DNA from: Ruminiclostridium sp.
GTDB lineage: Bacteria > Bacillota > Clostridia > Acetivibrionales > DTU013
Direction: 5' to 3'
Length of the DNA: 34,846 bases
Assembly (NCBI GenBank): GCA_012027035.1
Contig: VEPD01000380.1
Span: forward strand, 1 to 34,846
Within the stretch, counting starts at the first letter, position 1; the number at the start of each line of letters is the position of its first letter. The position numbers were made by a program, and so were the translations under genes. Positions 1 through 9,670 of this stretch are shown one piece after another. The notes below the pieces were generated by a model that worked only from the letters and a program-made list of their open reading frames with translations, was not told where the DNA came from and made no database searches.

Positions 1-731
1 AGGATTTAAGAGAGACTTCGGGATTTGAGCTCAACCGGGAAAATCCCTGGTTCGTCCTTTTTGAAAAACAGCTGAAATTATATAAAAAGGCTGCAGAGGG
101 TAAGTTCGGGATCAGCCATTTCATACTCATCAACGGATTGAATTTTTTATTTGAAATCAGAGGAGCAACTGATACGTATTATGATGTACTTGAAAACCCG
201 GTCCTGACCAGAAGTGTAATGGAATTTTCATATAAACTGAACGTCTGGGTGCAGGAAACTTTTTTCAACAGGATTGGTCTGTATGATGGCGGTACATGCA
301 GCAATATGGCCCAGTGGATACCCGGAAGGATCGTATCGGAAAGCGTTGACCCGTTTCATCTGACTTCTGCCGGTATGTTTGAAGAATGGGGAAGGAGCCC
401 TATAGAAAAGGTGTTTGCCCATTTTGATGGAGGGATTATACACATTCATACCAACGGATATCATTTATTATCAAATGCAGCGGATATCAAGGGACTGAAA
501 TGCATTTATATGGTTGACGAGGACTTCGGGACGCAGGCATATGAAAGGATATGCGAACTGGATTCCAAAAGGAAGAGCATACCTCTTTCATTATCTATTC
601 CATGGGATATTTTTAAGGCTAAACTGGATAAAAAAGAGCTGCCTCCAAATATTTTATACAACGTCTCCGGCGTTCCGGACGTCAAACAGGCAAACACTCT
701 TATGCAGGAGGTATGGGGATACAGGGCTTGA
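1..731 (+). CDS. hypothetical protein, 5'-truncated by the window edge (possible paralog of the next gene)
   Basis: Frame 3 is open from nt 3 (DLRETSGFELNRENPWFVLFEKQLKLYKKAAEGKFGISHFILING...) straight into tracked ORF 138..731, so the TTG at 138 is probably internal. Stop at 729-731. The C-terminal layout HIHTNGYHLL..IKGLKCIYMVDE loosely parallels AYGCCEDL..IPNLRCIAVTPW in 771..2054. Confidence 0.5.
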   Translation, partial: DLRETSGFELNRENPWFVLFEKQLKLYKKAAEGKFGISHFILINGLNFLFEIRGATDTYYDVLENPVLTRSVMEFSYKLNVWVQETFFNRIGLYDGGTCSNMAQWIPGRIVSESVDPFHLTSAGMFEEWGRSPIEKVFAHFDGGIIHIHTNGYHLLSNAADIKGLKCIYMVDEDFGTQAYERICELDSKRKSIPLSLSIPWDIFKAKLDKKELPPNILYNVSGVPDVKQANTLMQEVWGYRA

Positions 732-770
732 ATGACTGTGCTGTTTAAAACGTGAAAAGGCAGGAGAGAA

Positions 771-2054
771 ATGGTAGTGATTATGGATTTTGAAAAAGAC
801 AAAATAAGATTGAGAGAGCTTGCTTATCAGGTTAAGGATATTGCCGCCAAGCCGATCCAGTGTGAAAGGCGAGAACTCTGGCGCAGCCTCAATTCATTGA
901 AAATGAAACGTCCGATGGTCAATGTAAACGGGTTTATGTGGTGGCAGGAAGTATATCCTGACGCGGCTGCCCTGCAATGTGAACATCCCGCAGCGAGAGA
1001 TGCGGAGCGGGATATGCTCCAGGCTCTGTTCCATGATTGGATCGGGGATGATACGGTAATTGAGCCCTGGATTGTACTGAACAGCGTATACGGACCTCCT
1101 TATCATAACAGGCCGGAGATGGGCGATATGTTCCGGGTCGGCAATGCGTGGGGAATAGAATACCGCTTGAGCGATAAGCCGCATCCGGACGGATCCTGGG
1201 CTTTTGAACCTGTCATCATTGATCCTGATGATGTAAAAAAGATGGTTAAGCCACATCATATTATAGATGAAGGAAAAACCACAGAAAACTTCAATTATGT
1301 GAATGACGCCATTGGCGATATATTGCCGGTAATCACCGATAGGGGACCCATGATCAGGACCTATGGCGGAAGTATAATCCATGACTTGATCATACTAAGA
1401 GGGTATAATCAAGTGCTTTATGACCTGTATGACAATCCTGAATGGCTGCATGAATTGCTCGAATTCATGACGACCGGCGTCAGGGATTTGCACGCTGAAT
1501 GTGAAGCCGGCGGGGATTTGAGGCTCATCAATACATTCAACCAATCCATGACGTACTGCGAAGAGCTGCCGGACCCGTCGCCAAGCGAGAGGAGCGTCAC
1601 ACGGAAAGAGCTGTGGCATTTCTATGAAGGCCAGGAGTTCACATGTGTTTCACCTCGGATGACGGATGAATTTTGCATACAATACCACAAAATATTGGCC
1701 GGGGAATATGGACTTGTGGCATATGGCTGTTGTGAAGACCTGACAAATAAGATAAGTTTCTTAAAAACGATACCAAACCTACGGTGTATTGCAGTAACAC
1801 CCTGGGCGGATATGAATAAATGCGCGGAGCAAATCGGAAAGGATTATGTCTATTCCTGGAGGCCAAATCCGGCGGCTACTCTTTGCCGGGGATTTGACGC
1901 CGACTTTCTGCGCAAGACACTCGATGACGGTCTGAAACAAACCCGAGGCTGCAATGTGGAAATAAACCTGAAGGATGTAAAAACCATAAAGCATAATATA
2001 AATGCCGTCAAAGAATGGGTAGATGTCGCAATGGATATTGTGACAAACTATTGA
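771..2054 (+). CDS. hypothetical protein (427 aa), family not recognised with confidence
   Basis: Long ORF with an AGGAG 4-5 nt upstream of ATG 771. Same strand and tight spacing (39 nt) after the previous gene. No diagnostic motif recognised. Confidence 0.6.
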   Translation: MVVIMDFEKDKIRLRELAYQVKDIAAKPIQCERRELWRSLNSLKMKRPMVNVNGFMWWQEVYPDAAALQCEHPAARDAERDMLQALFHDWIGDDTVIEPWIVLNSVYGPPYHNRPEMGDMFRVGNAWGIEYRLSDKPHPDGSWAFEPVIIDPDDVKKMVKPHHIIDEGKTTENFNYVNDAIGDILPVITDRGPMIRTYGGSIIHDLIILRGYNQVLYDLYDNPEWLHELLEFMTTGVRDLHAECEAGGDLRLINTFNQSMTYCEELPDPSPSERSVTRKELWHFYEGQEFTCVSPRMTDEFCIQYHKILAGEYGLVAYGCCEDLTNKISFLKTIPNLRCIAVTPWADMNKCAEQIGKDYVYSWRPNPAATLCRGFDADFLRKTLDDGLKQTRGCNVEINLKDVKTIKHNINAVKEWVDVAMDIVTNY

Positions 2055-2402
2055 GGAACACGGAGAAGGAAAAGGCTTCCGAATATGTGTGCGACCCTTT
2101 AACGGCAACGGCGCTTGAAGCTATGGACGGAAGAGGAAAGACGGTTGATCAGGCTATAATGATTTCCTGGGACCTGCTTTTTGGCGGAAAAGCATTTGCA
2201 GGACGGCTTAAGGCGGCTTGAAACAGGAAAGGATTATCCATCCACGTATTATCTGATCCAGACACAATAATCCGGATATTAGTCACCCTAATTAACAGGT
2301 TTAGGACTGTGAGGTGATGTTATTTGCTTGTAGTTATTATGGACTGTTTAAATTCAATCGGTTAGGATTTTGCTAATTTCAAAATTTAAAACTAGGAGGT
2401 AA

Positions 2403-5400
2403 ATGATGTTAATTGTAAATTTAAAAAGAGGGCACAGATTCTTAGGATTATTATTAATTATAGCGTTGTCATTCACAATAAGTAACCTGGTTATCAATCC
2501 ACTAAAAGTAGAAGCCGCAGTACAAGCTACTTATTATGTAGCGCCGCCGCCAGCAGGCAGCGATTCAAATCCCGGCACGCTTGCACAGCCTTTTGCCACA
2601 ATCCAGAAGGCCCGTGATGTGGTTAGGACAATTAACAGCAATATGACCGGGGACATCATTGTCTATATCAGGCAGGGAGATTATTATATAAGCAGCACGG
2701 TCGAATTTACAACCGCCGATTCGGGCACCAACGGCTACAACGTAATATACAAGAACTATGACGCCATAGGAAGTCCGCATTTTATTGGCGGACAGCAGGT
2801 TACAGGATGGTCGCAGTACTCGGGGAATATATACAGGGCGTATGTAGGTACGACCCGGTTTGACACGCTTTATGAAAACGGGAAAAGGGCAAGGAAGGCG
2901 CGTTATCCCAACTATGTCTTCAATCCTGACTTTCCGAACACACAGGGTCCCTATCTTGAGGCGGGAGGACCGGATACATCTTCTTTTGTGACTTATATGA
3001 TATACAGAGCAGGCGATCTGGACCCGTCAGGATGGGGGGATTTGAGCGAGGCGCAGCTTGTTAACTGGGAAGGCAAGGGCTGGAACTGGTTTAACAGCCA
3101 GAATGAGATCTCAAGTATCGATATTCCCAACCGCAGAATAAATTTAGTGAGAGAGACGAAATATCCTATTTACGGGACGTCGTGGATAGGAGGGCCTTTT
3201 GGCGCCCGGTACTATATACAGGGCGTATATGCATTGTTGGACCAGGCGGGCGAGTATTATTACAACCCTTCGGACGGATACCTTTACTATTGGGCTATGG
3301 ATGGGGCGATAGCAAATCAGACGATTATTATTCCAAAGGTAAAGAAGCTCATTTCGGTAAAAGGGACAAATGATACAACAAGGGCGCACAATATCACGTT
3401 TGAAGGGCTTTTCTTCGAATACACCGATTTTAACCAGTGGTACCGTTTTTCATACAATACGGTGAACGGTTCGGGGGAGAACCATGTGTATCCCAATTGT
3501 GACGCCCAATTCGAGATGATAGAGCACCGTCAGGGCATGTTGTACTTTGAGGATACCGACCATATAACCGTAAAGTTTTCCCATTTGAAAAACTCAGGGT
3601 ATTCGGGTATTTTTGCATTCGATAAAAACGAGTATCTTACGTTTTACGGCAACCTGATAGAGCATACGGGAGGTTCCGGCATAGCTATACAGGGGAAATA
3701 TCCCGGGGAAGGCGGGAGCGATTACCAGACCGTACAAAACAACCGTATCCATGATGTAGGTGAGATGGCCGGGTCGGTTGGTAATATATACCTGGGCGGA
3801 AATGTCGGCCAGTCAGAGGTGTCTTACAATGAACTCTATAACAGCCCGAAATGTGCCATATTTATGGTCAGCCAGAGTACCGACCAAAATGGAAGCCCAA
3901 TTCCCAGGAGCGCTTTCACTAACGAGAACAATTATATCAGATATAATAAAATACGGCTCACCAATCAGGATACAGGGGAAAACAACGCCGTATATAACGG
4001 CGGCGGCTATGCATCTACACCGTATTTGACCAGTTATTTCGAGCAGAATACGGTCCAAAATGTTCCCAAAGCGCCGTCGTCTCACGATTCTCAATCTACC
4101 GGATTCGGCGTAGATGACTCTATGCGCGGACAGTCGTTTACAAATAACAAAGTAATCGATCCTGATTGGACAGAACCTATTGAGTATGGTAATACTAAAC
4201 CGTGGGGCGCCAATACCACCGCATTGCCGGCTACGTCCACAAACAACAATTGGATTCCCGACGGCAGCGGCGGTTCGACTCAAAACACGAGTTTTAACGA
4301 TTCACTGATGGATTATGGCAATATAGGTCTAAAAAGCGATTTCCCGGATGCATATGGCGGACCTTATTTAACAGAAGCAGAAAATTACTTGAGTAAATCC
4401 GGCGTGACGGTTGGTAAGGGCGGTAGCGGACTGATTGTGCAGGAAGCTGAGGCTGGAGATTGGGTAAGCTATAGTAAAGTAAACTTCGGCAGCGGTACAA
4501 CCGGATTTCAAGCTTATGTGGCTATGCAGGGTGCAAGCGGAGATTCGATAGAAGTCAGGCTTGACAGCTTAACTGGGACGCTTGTGGGTACTTTGAATTT
4601 AGCCAATACTCCGGATTGGTATACATATCAACTACAAAGTATCTCATTGTCGGGTGCAAGCGGTGTGCATGACGTATATTTAAAATTTGCAGGAACAGGC
4701 GCCAATGCCAATGTAGATTGGTTTAAATTAACAGGCGTTACACCACCGACGCCTACGCCGACACCGACGCCTACGCCGACACCGGCGCCAAGAAACGCGT
4801 ATTCGACAATAGAAGCTGAGAGTTACAACAGTTCATACGGCGTGGCGTATTACAGCGGTTATGGTACCGGTACGACCGTACAGGATGCTGAGGCTGGAGA
4901 TTGGGTACGCTATGATAACGTGGATTTCGGCAGCGGCGCATCCGGATTTGATGCAAGTATAGCAATGTCGGGGCAAACAGGAGATTCGATAGAAATCAGA
5001 CTTGACAGCTTAACAGGGACGCTTGTAGGCACCTTGAACTTAACCAATACCGCCGACTGGTATACGTATCAGACGCAAAGCTGTTCTGTGTCGGGGGCCA
5101 GCGGTGTACATACCTTGTATTTGAAATTTGCAGGAACAGGCCCCAATTGCAACATTGATTGGTTTAAATTCACCGGCGGCGCAACGCCAACCCCCACGCC
5201 AACCCCCACACCGACGCCTGATCCCAGTCTGAAAGGCTTCTGGAAGTTAAATGAAAGCAGCGGTACGACAGCTTCCGATTCATCAGGAAACGGGTATAAC
5301 GGGACGCTATATAACGGCCCTGTCTGGACGTTGGGGCATAACGGAAATGCATTGGATTTCGATGGGACAAACGATTATGTAGAGGTACCGTATAATTCGA

Positions 5401-5855
5401 ACCTGAATACCTCGCAGTTTTCCATCCTCTTCTGGGCAAAAGTAGAAGGCGGGTCCGGCACGTACAGAAGCCCTGTTACGTCCAGGAATGCAGGCGCTCA
5501 ACCTAATGACGATTGGGGTTATATGTTCTATGCAGCCAATGATAATTACTGGAAGTTCTGGATCGGATATGGAACTAATGTGGCGATGCTTACGGGAAAT
5601 GCCGTGACATCAGAGTGGATTCATCTGGCTGGAACATATGACGGGACGGCAATGAGGTTCTACAATAACGGTAATCTGATAGGATCACCATTAAATACGT
5701 CGTTTGTCGTAAATTCCTCGAAACCTCTGCGTATAGGAGCAGGCGCTACAGAAGGAGCTGCGAATTACTTCTTCAACGGCTTGATTGATGATGTAAGAGT
5801 ATACAACAGGGCATTATCGCAGTCCGAAATCCAGAATATAATGAACGGAACATGA
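2403..5855 (+). CDS. secreted multidomain carbohydrate-active protein: signal peptide, right-handed beta-helix (pectate-lyase-fold) domain, 2x CBM6-like modules with PT linkers, C-terminal LamG/ConA-like domain
   Basis: RBS AGGAGG 2394-2399; ATG 2403 or, with better spacing, ATG 2406. Signal peptide MMLIVNLKRGHRFLGLLLIIALSF..KVEA/A. N-terminus YYVAPPPAGSDSNPGTLAQPFATIQKA is typical of beta-helix enzymes, with repeats NSGYSGIFAF/HTGGSGIAIQG. Two EAEnY..AEAGDWV.Y..V.FGSG..DWFK modules. LamG-like NGNALDFDGTNDYVEVP..LIDDVRVYNRALSQSEIQ. Confidence 0.85.
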   Translation: MMLIVNLKRGHRFLGLLLIIALSFTISNLVINPLKVEAAVQATYYVAPPPAGSDSNPGTLAQPFATIQKARDVVRTINSNMTGDIIVYIRQGDYYISSTVEFTTADSGTNGYNVIYKNYDAIGSPHFIGGQQVTGWSQYSGNIYRAYVGTTRFDTLYENGKRARKARYPNYVFNPDFPNTQGPYLEAGGPDTSSFVTYMIYRAGDLDPSGWGDLSEAQLVNWEGKGWNWFNSQNEISSIDIPNRRINLVRETKYPIYGTSWIGGPFGARYYIQGVYALLDQAGEYYYNPSDGYLYYWAMDGAIANQTIIIPKVKKLISVKGTNDTTRAHNITFEGLFFEYTDFNQWYRFSYNTVNGSGENHVYPNCDAQFEMIEHRQGMLYFEDTDHITVKFSHLKNSGYSGIFAFDKNEYLTFYGNLIEHTGGSGIAIQGKYPGEGGSDYQTVQNNRIHDVGEMAGSVGNIYLGGNVGQSEVSYNELYNSPKCAIFMVSQSTDQNGSPIPRSAFTNENNYIRYNKIRLTNQDTGENNAVYNGGGYASTPYLTSYFEQNTVQNVPKAPSSHDSQSTGFGVDDSMRGQSFTNNKVIDPDWTEPIEYGNTKPWGANTTALPATSTNNNWIPDGSGGSTQNTSFNDSLMDYGNIGLKSDFPDAYGGPYLTEAENYLSKSGVTVGKGGSGLIVQEAEAGDWVSYSKVNFGSGTTGFQAYVAMQGASGDSIEVRLDSLTGTLVGTLNLANTPDWYTYQLQSISLSGASGVHDVYLKFAGTGANANVDWFKLTGVTPPTPTPTPTPTPTPAPRNAYSTIEAESYNSSYGVAYYSGYGTGTTVQDAEAGDWVRYDNVDFGSGASGFDASIAMSGQTGDSIEIRLDSLTGTLVGTLNLTNTADWYTYQTQSCSVSGASGVHTLYLKFAGTGPNCNIDWFKFTGGATPTPTPTPTPTPDPSLKGFWKLNESSGTTASDSSGNGYNGTLYNGPVWTLGHNGNALDFDGTNDYVEVPYNSNLNTSQFSILFWAKVEGGSGTYRSPVTSRNAGAQPNDDWGYMFYAANDNYWKFWIGYGTNVAMLTGNAVTSEWIHLAGTYDGTAMRFYNNGNLIGSPLNTSFVVNSSKPLRIGAGATEGAANYFFNGLIDDVRVYNRALSQSEIQNIMNGT
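4362..5225 (+). repeat. intragenic tandem duplication: CBM6-like module + Pro/Thr linker, two copies (4362-4790 and 4791-5225)
   Basis: The nucleotide-level repeat is visible, e.g. gctgaggctggagattgggta at ~4446 and ~4888, and ggagattcgatagaa..cttgacagcttaac.gggacgcttgt in both copies. PT linkers lie at 4740-4790 (TPPTPTPTPTPTPTPAP) and 5181-5225 (ATPTPTPTPTPTPDP). Confidence 0.85.
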
Positions 5856-5866
5856 CAGTAATTTGT

Positions 5867-5918
5867 GCAGGGCAGGCCGTTTATTTTTAATGAGCGGCCG
5901 CCTGCATATTGGTTTTCT
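5867..5918 (+). terminator. candidate rho-independent terminator after the beta-helix/CBM gene
   Basis: GC-rich imperfect stem GCAGGGCAGGCCG (5867-5879) / CGGCCGCCTGC (5895-5905), about 11 bp with two bulges. The tail ATATTGGTTTTCT is T-rich but not contiguous. Confidence 0.45.
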
Positions 5919-6024
5919 GCAAGGAATAAAGAGCATTATCTTCATATAAAAAATGGAGGAGATCTGCATGGTTATTTTTTTAATCTTAACTTAAAGCTTT
6001 AAGCAGAGGAAAGGAGGGGTCAAA

Positions 6025-7044
6025 TTGAAAGCGGCTTATGTAAAAGCACCCTTTCAGTTCGATCTGAGAGAGGTTGATTTAAGGCAAATCAATGCAGACG
6101 AGGTTTTAATCAAAGTAAAAGCCTGCGGAGTTTGTGGACACGATATGATTATGGCTTCCTATGGGGCTACAGAATGGCAGCCTTTCGGGCATGAAATATC
6201 AGGGGTAGTTGAAAAAGCAGGTGCAGTTGTGAAAAATGTGAAGCCCGGCGACAGGGTTGTCCTGGAGAGCGGGACATTTGACAGGTATTCTGACAATTCG
6301 CGAAATGGAAGGGTGGACTTGGACAATAAGGGGCCGAATTTCTGGCTTAAAGATAATGATACCATGGGGTTTGCCGAATACATAATCGTACCCAATGAAG
6401 TGTGTGTGAAATTTAACGGTCTGTCCTTCAAGGAAACTTCAATAATCGAGCCTCTGGGCGTATCACTTGACCTTGCCACAACAGCAGATATAAAGCTGAA
6501 TGATGATGTACTCGTCATAGGTCTTGGCCCCATAGGCTTGATGGCTTTAAGGCTTGCCAGGGCGATGGGGGCGAGAAAGGTCTATGGTGCAGAGCTTTCC
6601 ATTGCTTCCGCGCGAATTGATCTAGCCATGAAGTTTGACGCGGACGAAATCATATGTACCGATAAGATACGGTTGGAGGATTACAAGTTTGCACGAGGTG
6701 GAGTTGACAGGGTGCTTGTCACAGCCCCGCCGAAAACTATTCCATCCGCAATAAGTATCTGCAATGTAGGAGGGATTGTTGCATTCCTGGGCATAGATTA
6801 CGGCCCTGAAGGAAATGTCACCTTTGACTCCAATGTATTTCATACGAAAAAGCTTCAACTTAGGTCATCTTTTGCATCACCTGCACTTTACTTCCCAAGG
6901 TGCATCGAGCTGATAAAGTCCGGTGTTATAGATGCAAACGCTCTGATAACGCATACGTTCAAACTGGAGGATATTGCTGAAGGAATCACCGGATTCAGGG
7001 ATGACCGTGCAAAAGGAATTAAAGCCATTATGGAGGCGGACTGA
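6025..7044 (+). CDS. zinc-dependent alcohol/polyol dehydrogenase (MDR family)
   Basis: TTG start with RBS AAGGAGGGG 6011-6019. Catalytic-zinc motif CGVCGHD and Rossmann motif VIGLGPIGLMA. 339 aa, typical for sorbitol/threonine-dehydrogenase-like MDRs. Confidence 0.85.
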   Translation: MKAAYVKAPFQFDLREVDLRQINADEVLIKVKACGVCGHDMIMASYGATEWQPFGHEISGVVEKAGAVVKNVKPGDRVVLESGTFDRYSDNSRNGRVDLDNKGPNFWLKDNDTMGFAEYIIVPNEVCVKFNGLSFKETSIIEPLGVSLDLATTADIKLNDDVLVIGLGPIGLMALRLARAMGARKVYGAELSIASARIDLAMKFDADEIICTDKIRLEDYKFARGGVDRVLVTAPPKTIPSAISICNVGGIVAFLGIDYGPEGNVTFDSNVFHTKKLQLRSSFASPALYFPRCIELIKSGVIDANALITHTFKLEDIAEGITGFRDDRAKGIKAIMEAD

Positions 7045-7095
7045 GCGGCTTTTCCGGTAAAACGGCATTGCCGATTGAAAATAAGGGGGATATGA

Positions 7096-8139
7096 ATGAA
7101 ACCTAAATTTGGGATTATAGGATGTGGAAGTATTTCGCGCTTCCATTTCAGCGGGTTGAAAAAAGCGGGGGCAGAGATTGTACACATAGCAGATATCAAC
7201 GAACAGGCGGCAGCTCCATATGTTAAAGAGTTTGGAGCAAGATTTTCGACAGACTGCCTTAGAGTGTTGGAGGATCCTGAAGTAACTGTTGTAAGCGTAC
7301 TCACCGGCAGCAAGCACCATCGTGAAATATGTCTTGCGGCACTGGCAGCCGGCAAGGACGTCATCTGTGAAAAGACCATGATGGACAATGCGGATGAGGC
7401 GGAGGAGGTAGTCATAGCCTCACTGACATCGGGGAGACTTTTTTTCACAGCTTTCATGAAGAGATTTTTTCCGGCTGTCCAAAAGGCAAAAGAACTGCTT
7501 CCCTCGCTTGGAAGGCTTTTTAGCGCGCAGGTGCGGGCATACCAGAACTGGGGAAACTTCTATGAATTGGACAATGCCGATGAATACGGATGGATTTTGA
7601 AGAATTACGGCGGAGCGGTGGTTAAATGTGCCGGAAGTCATATGATTGATATGACGCTGGACTTCCTCGGCAGGCCAGAAAGCTTGTATGCCCATGTGGA
7701 TTATGTGCCGGGCTCCAGGCTGGACAGGAAGGCGTCAGCTATTTTTGAATATAAAAATGGAATGACGGCAAGCTTTGAAACGGCGGTACATCCCTTGAAA
7801 AAAATCGGATATGAGCATAATTCATGGGATGAATACATTCAGATAAACGGGGTAAACGGATGTATTGATATTTATACGGTCATGTGGGATCATCCTGAAA
7901 ACAACGGTGCACTGCTGGTCCATTATGATAATGAAAGAGAAACATCGACTGAATACAGGTTTGACGCAGTGAATCCCTTCGACCTGGAAATGGAATATTT
8001 CTGCGACTGTCTGGAGCAACGCAAGCAAGGCAATCCCGGGGTGATCGACGGGTTTAATGTGGATACGGTTATCGGGGCCATATCGGAATCATCTCAGAAG
8101 AAGGCTGCCGTCAAAATCGATTGGCGTGGAATATTGTAA
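7096..8139 (+). CDS. Gfo/Idh/MocA family NAD(P)-dependent oxidoreductase
   Basis: N-terminal KFGIIGCGSISRFH dinucleotide-binding motif and a CEKTM (EKP-like) motif. 347 aa. Confidence 0.85.
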   Translation: MKPKFGIIGCGSISRFHFSGLKKAGAEIVHIADINEQAAAPYVKEFGARFSTDCLRVLEDPEVTVVSVLTGSKHHREICLAALAAGKDVICEKTMMDNADEAEEVVIASLTSGRLFFTAFMKRFFPAVQKAKELLPSLGRLFSAQVRAYQNWGNFYELDNADEYGWILKNYGGAVVKCAGSHMIDMTLDFLGRPESLYAHVDYVPGSRLDRKASAIFEYKNGMTASFETAVHPLKKIGYEHNSWDEYIQINGVNGCIDIYTVMWDHPENNGALLVHYDNERETSTEYRFDAVNPFDLEMEYFCDCLEQRKQGNPGVIDGFNVDTVIGAISESSQKKAAVKIDWRGIL

Positions 8140-8308
8140 ATAAGGGAGTTTCAAGGCTGTTGCAAAAATCGGCTGGTGTGGAATTTGTGAGGGAAATTCC
8201 ATATAACAAAGCTCGAAGTAAAAGGCCGGATGGGAGAATACAAATGACCATATATTCCGGCTGATTAGGCCGGATTTATGCAAGGACAGATAAGAGGGAG
8301 GGCTGCGT

Positions 8309-9520
8309 ATGAATGAAGAAAAAGAGTTGCAGGTGGTTGTTGCAGGACATATCTGCTTTGATATCATTCCTGCATTCAAAAAATCGGAAGCAGCCGAAAT
8401 GAAGGATTTGTTTATTCCGGGAAAGCTTATCAATATGGGAAGCGTAAAGGTTTCAACAGGCGGGCCGGTCTCAAATACCGGAATTGCGCTTTCCATACTG
8501 GGCATTCGCACAAAGCTGATGGGCAAAATCGGAAATGATTATTTTGGCGATGGAGTATTAAAGCTTTTAAAGGAGAGAAATGCCGATAATGGGATGGTTG
8601 TGGTGGAGGGTGAAGAGACATCCTATACCGTAGTTATTGTCCCACCTGGCTTCGATAGGATATTTCTTCACAACCCCGGAGCAAACAATACATTTTGTTC
8701 CGGCGATATTAACTATGAATTGGTGAAGCAGGCCAAATTATTCCATTTCGGATACCCACCGCTGATGAGAAAGATATTTGACAACGACGGAGAGGAACTG
8801 ATAAAGATTTTCAAAAGGGTGAAAGAACTGGGAGTGACGACCTCCCTTGATATGTCGCTGCCCGATGCATCATCCGAATCAGGCAGGGTTAACTGGGAAA
8901 AACTTCTAAAAAATCTTCTGCCATATGTGGACATATATATTCCCAGTGTTGAAGAAACCATGTTCATGATCCAGCGGGAGGAATTCGACTGCCTCAATGA
9001 AAACGCTAAAGGGCATGACATGCTTGAAAACCTGGATATGAACAAACTCCAGGGGCTGGGGGAAAAGCTGGTTTCCTACGGTGCAAAAATTGCCGTAATC
9101 AAGTGCGGAGTAAATGGATACTACATACGCACTCAGGACAGGAATGTATTGGAAGCTATGGGCAGTGCACTGCCTGCAGATATCGACAACTGGTCGGCCA
9201 GGGAGCTTCATGAAGAAAGCTTTCATGTGCCGGATGTCGCTTCGGCCACAGGCTCGGGAGATAGTAGTATTGCCGGTTTCCTGGCGGCTTATGTGAATGG
9301 AAAATCAATTGAAGAAGCTATTAGGATCGCTTGTGCGGTTGGCGGGCAGAATGTGCAGGTTTTTGACGCAATCAGCGGGATTAAGACCTGGGAAGAAACC
9401 CTTGCCATGATCCCAGGCTGGAAAAAGAACAGGCATGCTATTTTCGGGGATTATTGGAAATATGATAACGCTCGGAATGTCTGGGTGGGAAAAAAGGACG
9501 GGATGCATTACTCAGCATAA
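8309..9520 (+). CDS. PfkB/ribokinase-family carbohydrate kinase
   Basis: N-terminal VVVAGHICFDIIP and C-terminal ATP/anion-hole motif DVASATGSGDSSIAGFL. RBS GAGGGAGGG lies upstream of ATG 8309. Confidence 0.8.
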   Translation: MNEEKELQVVVAGHICFDIIPAFKKSEAAEMKDLFIPGKLINMGSVKVSTGGPVSNTGIALSILGIRTKLMGKIGNDYFGDGVLKLLKERNADNGMVVVEGEETSYTVVIVPPGFDRIFLHNPGANNTFCSGDINYELVKQAKLFHFGYPPLMRKIFDNDGEELIKIFKRVKELGVTTSLDMSLPDASSESGRVNWEKLLKNLLPYVDIYIPSVEETMFMIQREEFDCLNENAKGHDMLENLDMNKLQGLGEKLVSYGAKIAVIKCGVNGYYIRTQDRNVLEAMGSALPADIDNWSARELHEESFHVPDVASATGSGDSSIAGFLAAYVNGKSIEEAIRIACAVGGQNVQVFDAISGIKTWEETLAMIPGWKKNRHAIFGDYWKYDNARNVWVGKKDGMHYSA

Positions 9521-9547
9521 GTGAAAAAATAACTTCGCATATAAATT

Positions 9548-9584
9548 TCTGAAAATACAGCCGATTTCCGTCGGTATTTTCAGA
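9548..9584 (+). other. strong hairpin in the kinase/GH38 intergenic region (non-canonical terminator or regulatory stem)
   Basis: Perfect 11-bp arms TCTGAAAATAC (9548-9558) / GTATTTTCAGA (9574-9584). It is followed by an A-run rather than a T-run, so it is not a textbook intrinsic terminator on the + strand. Confidence 0.35.
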
Positions 9585-9670
9585 AAAATGTGAAGTAATA
9601 TTTTCAGTGCTTCTTAAAATAATGTGCCGGTCTCCTCAAAGAACTATTGGGTATATAGCGGAGGATGATT

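Noticed and set aside
2015-2221. A 68-aa ORF, or a ~45-aa version from GTG 2086 (..CDPLTATALEAMDGRGKTVDQAIMISWDLLFGGKAFAGRLKAA), between the 771-2054 gene and the beta-helix gene. It looks vaguely protein-like.
   Set aside because: No recognisable motif and only a weak RBS, and it overlaps the end of the upstream gene. It could be a gene remnant or a small protein, but I cannot support either from sequence alone.
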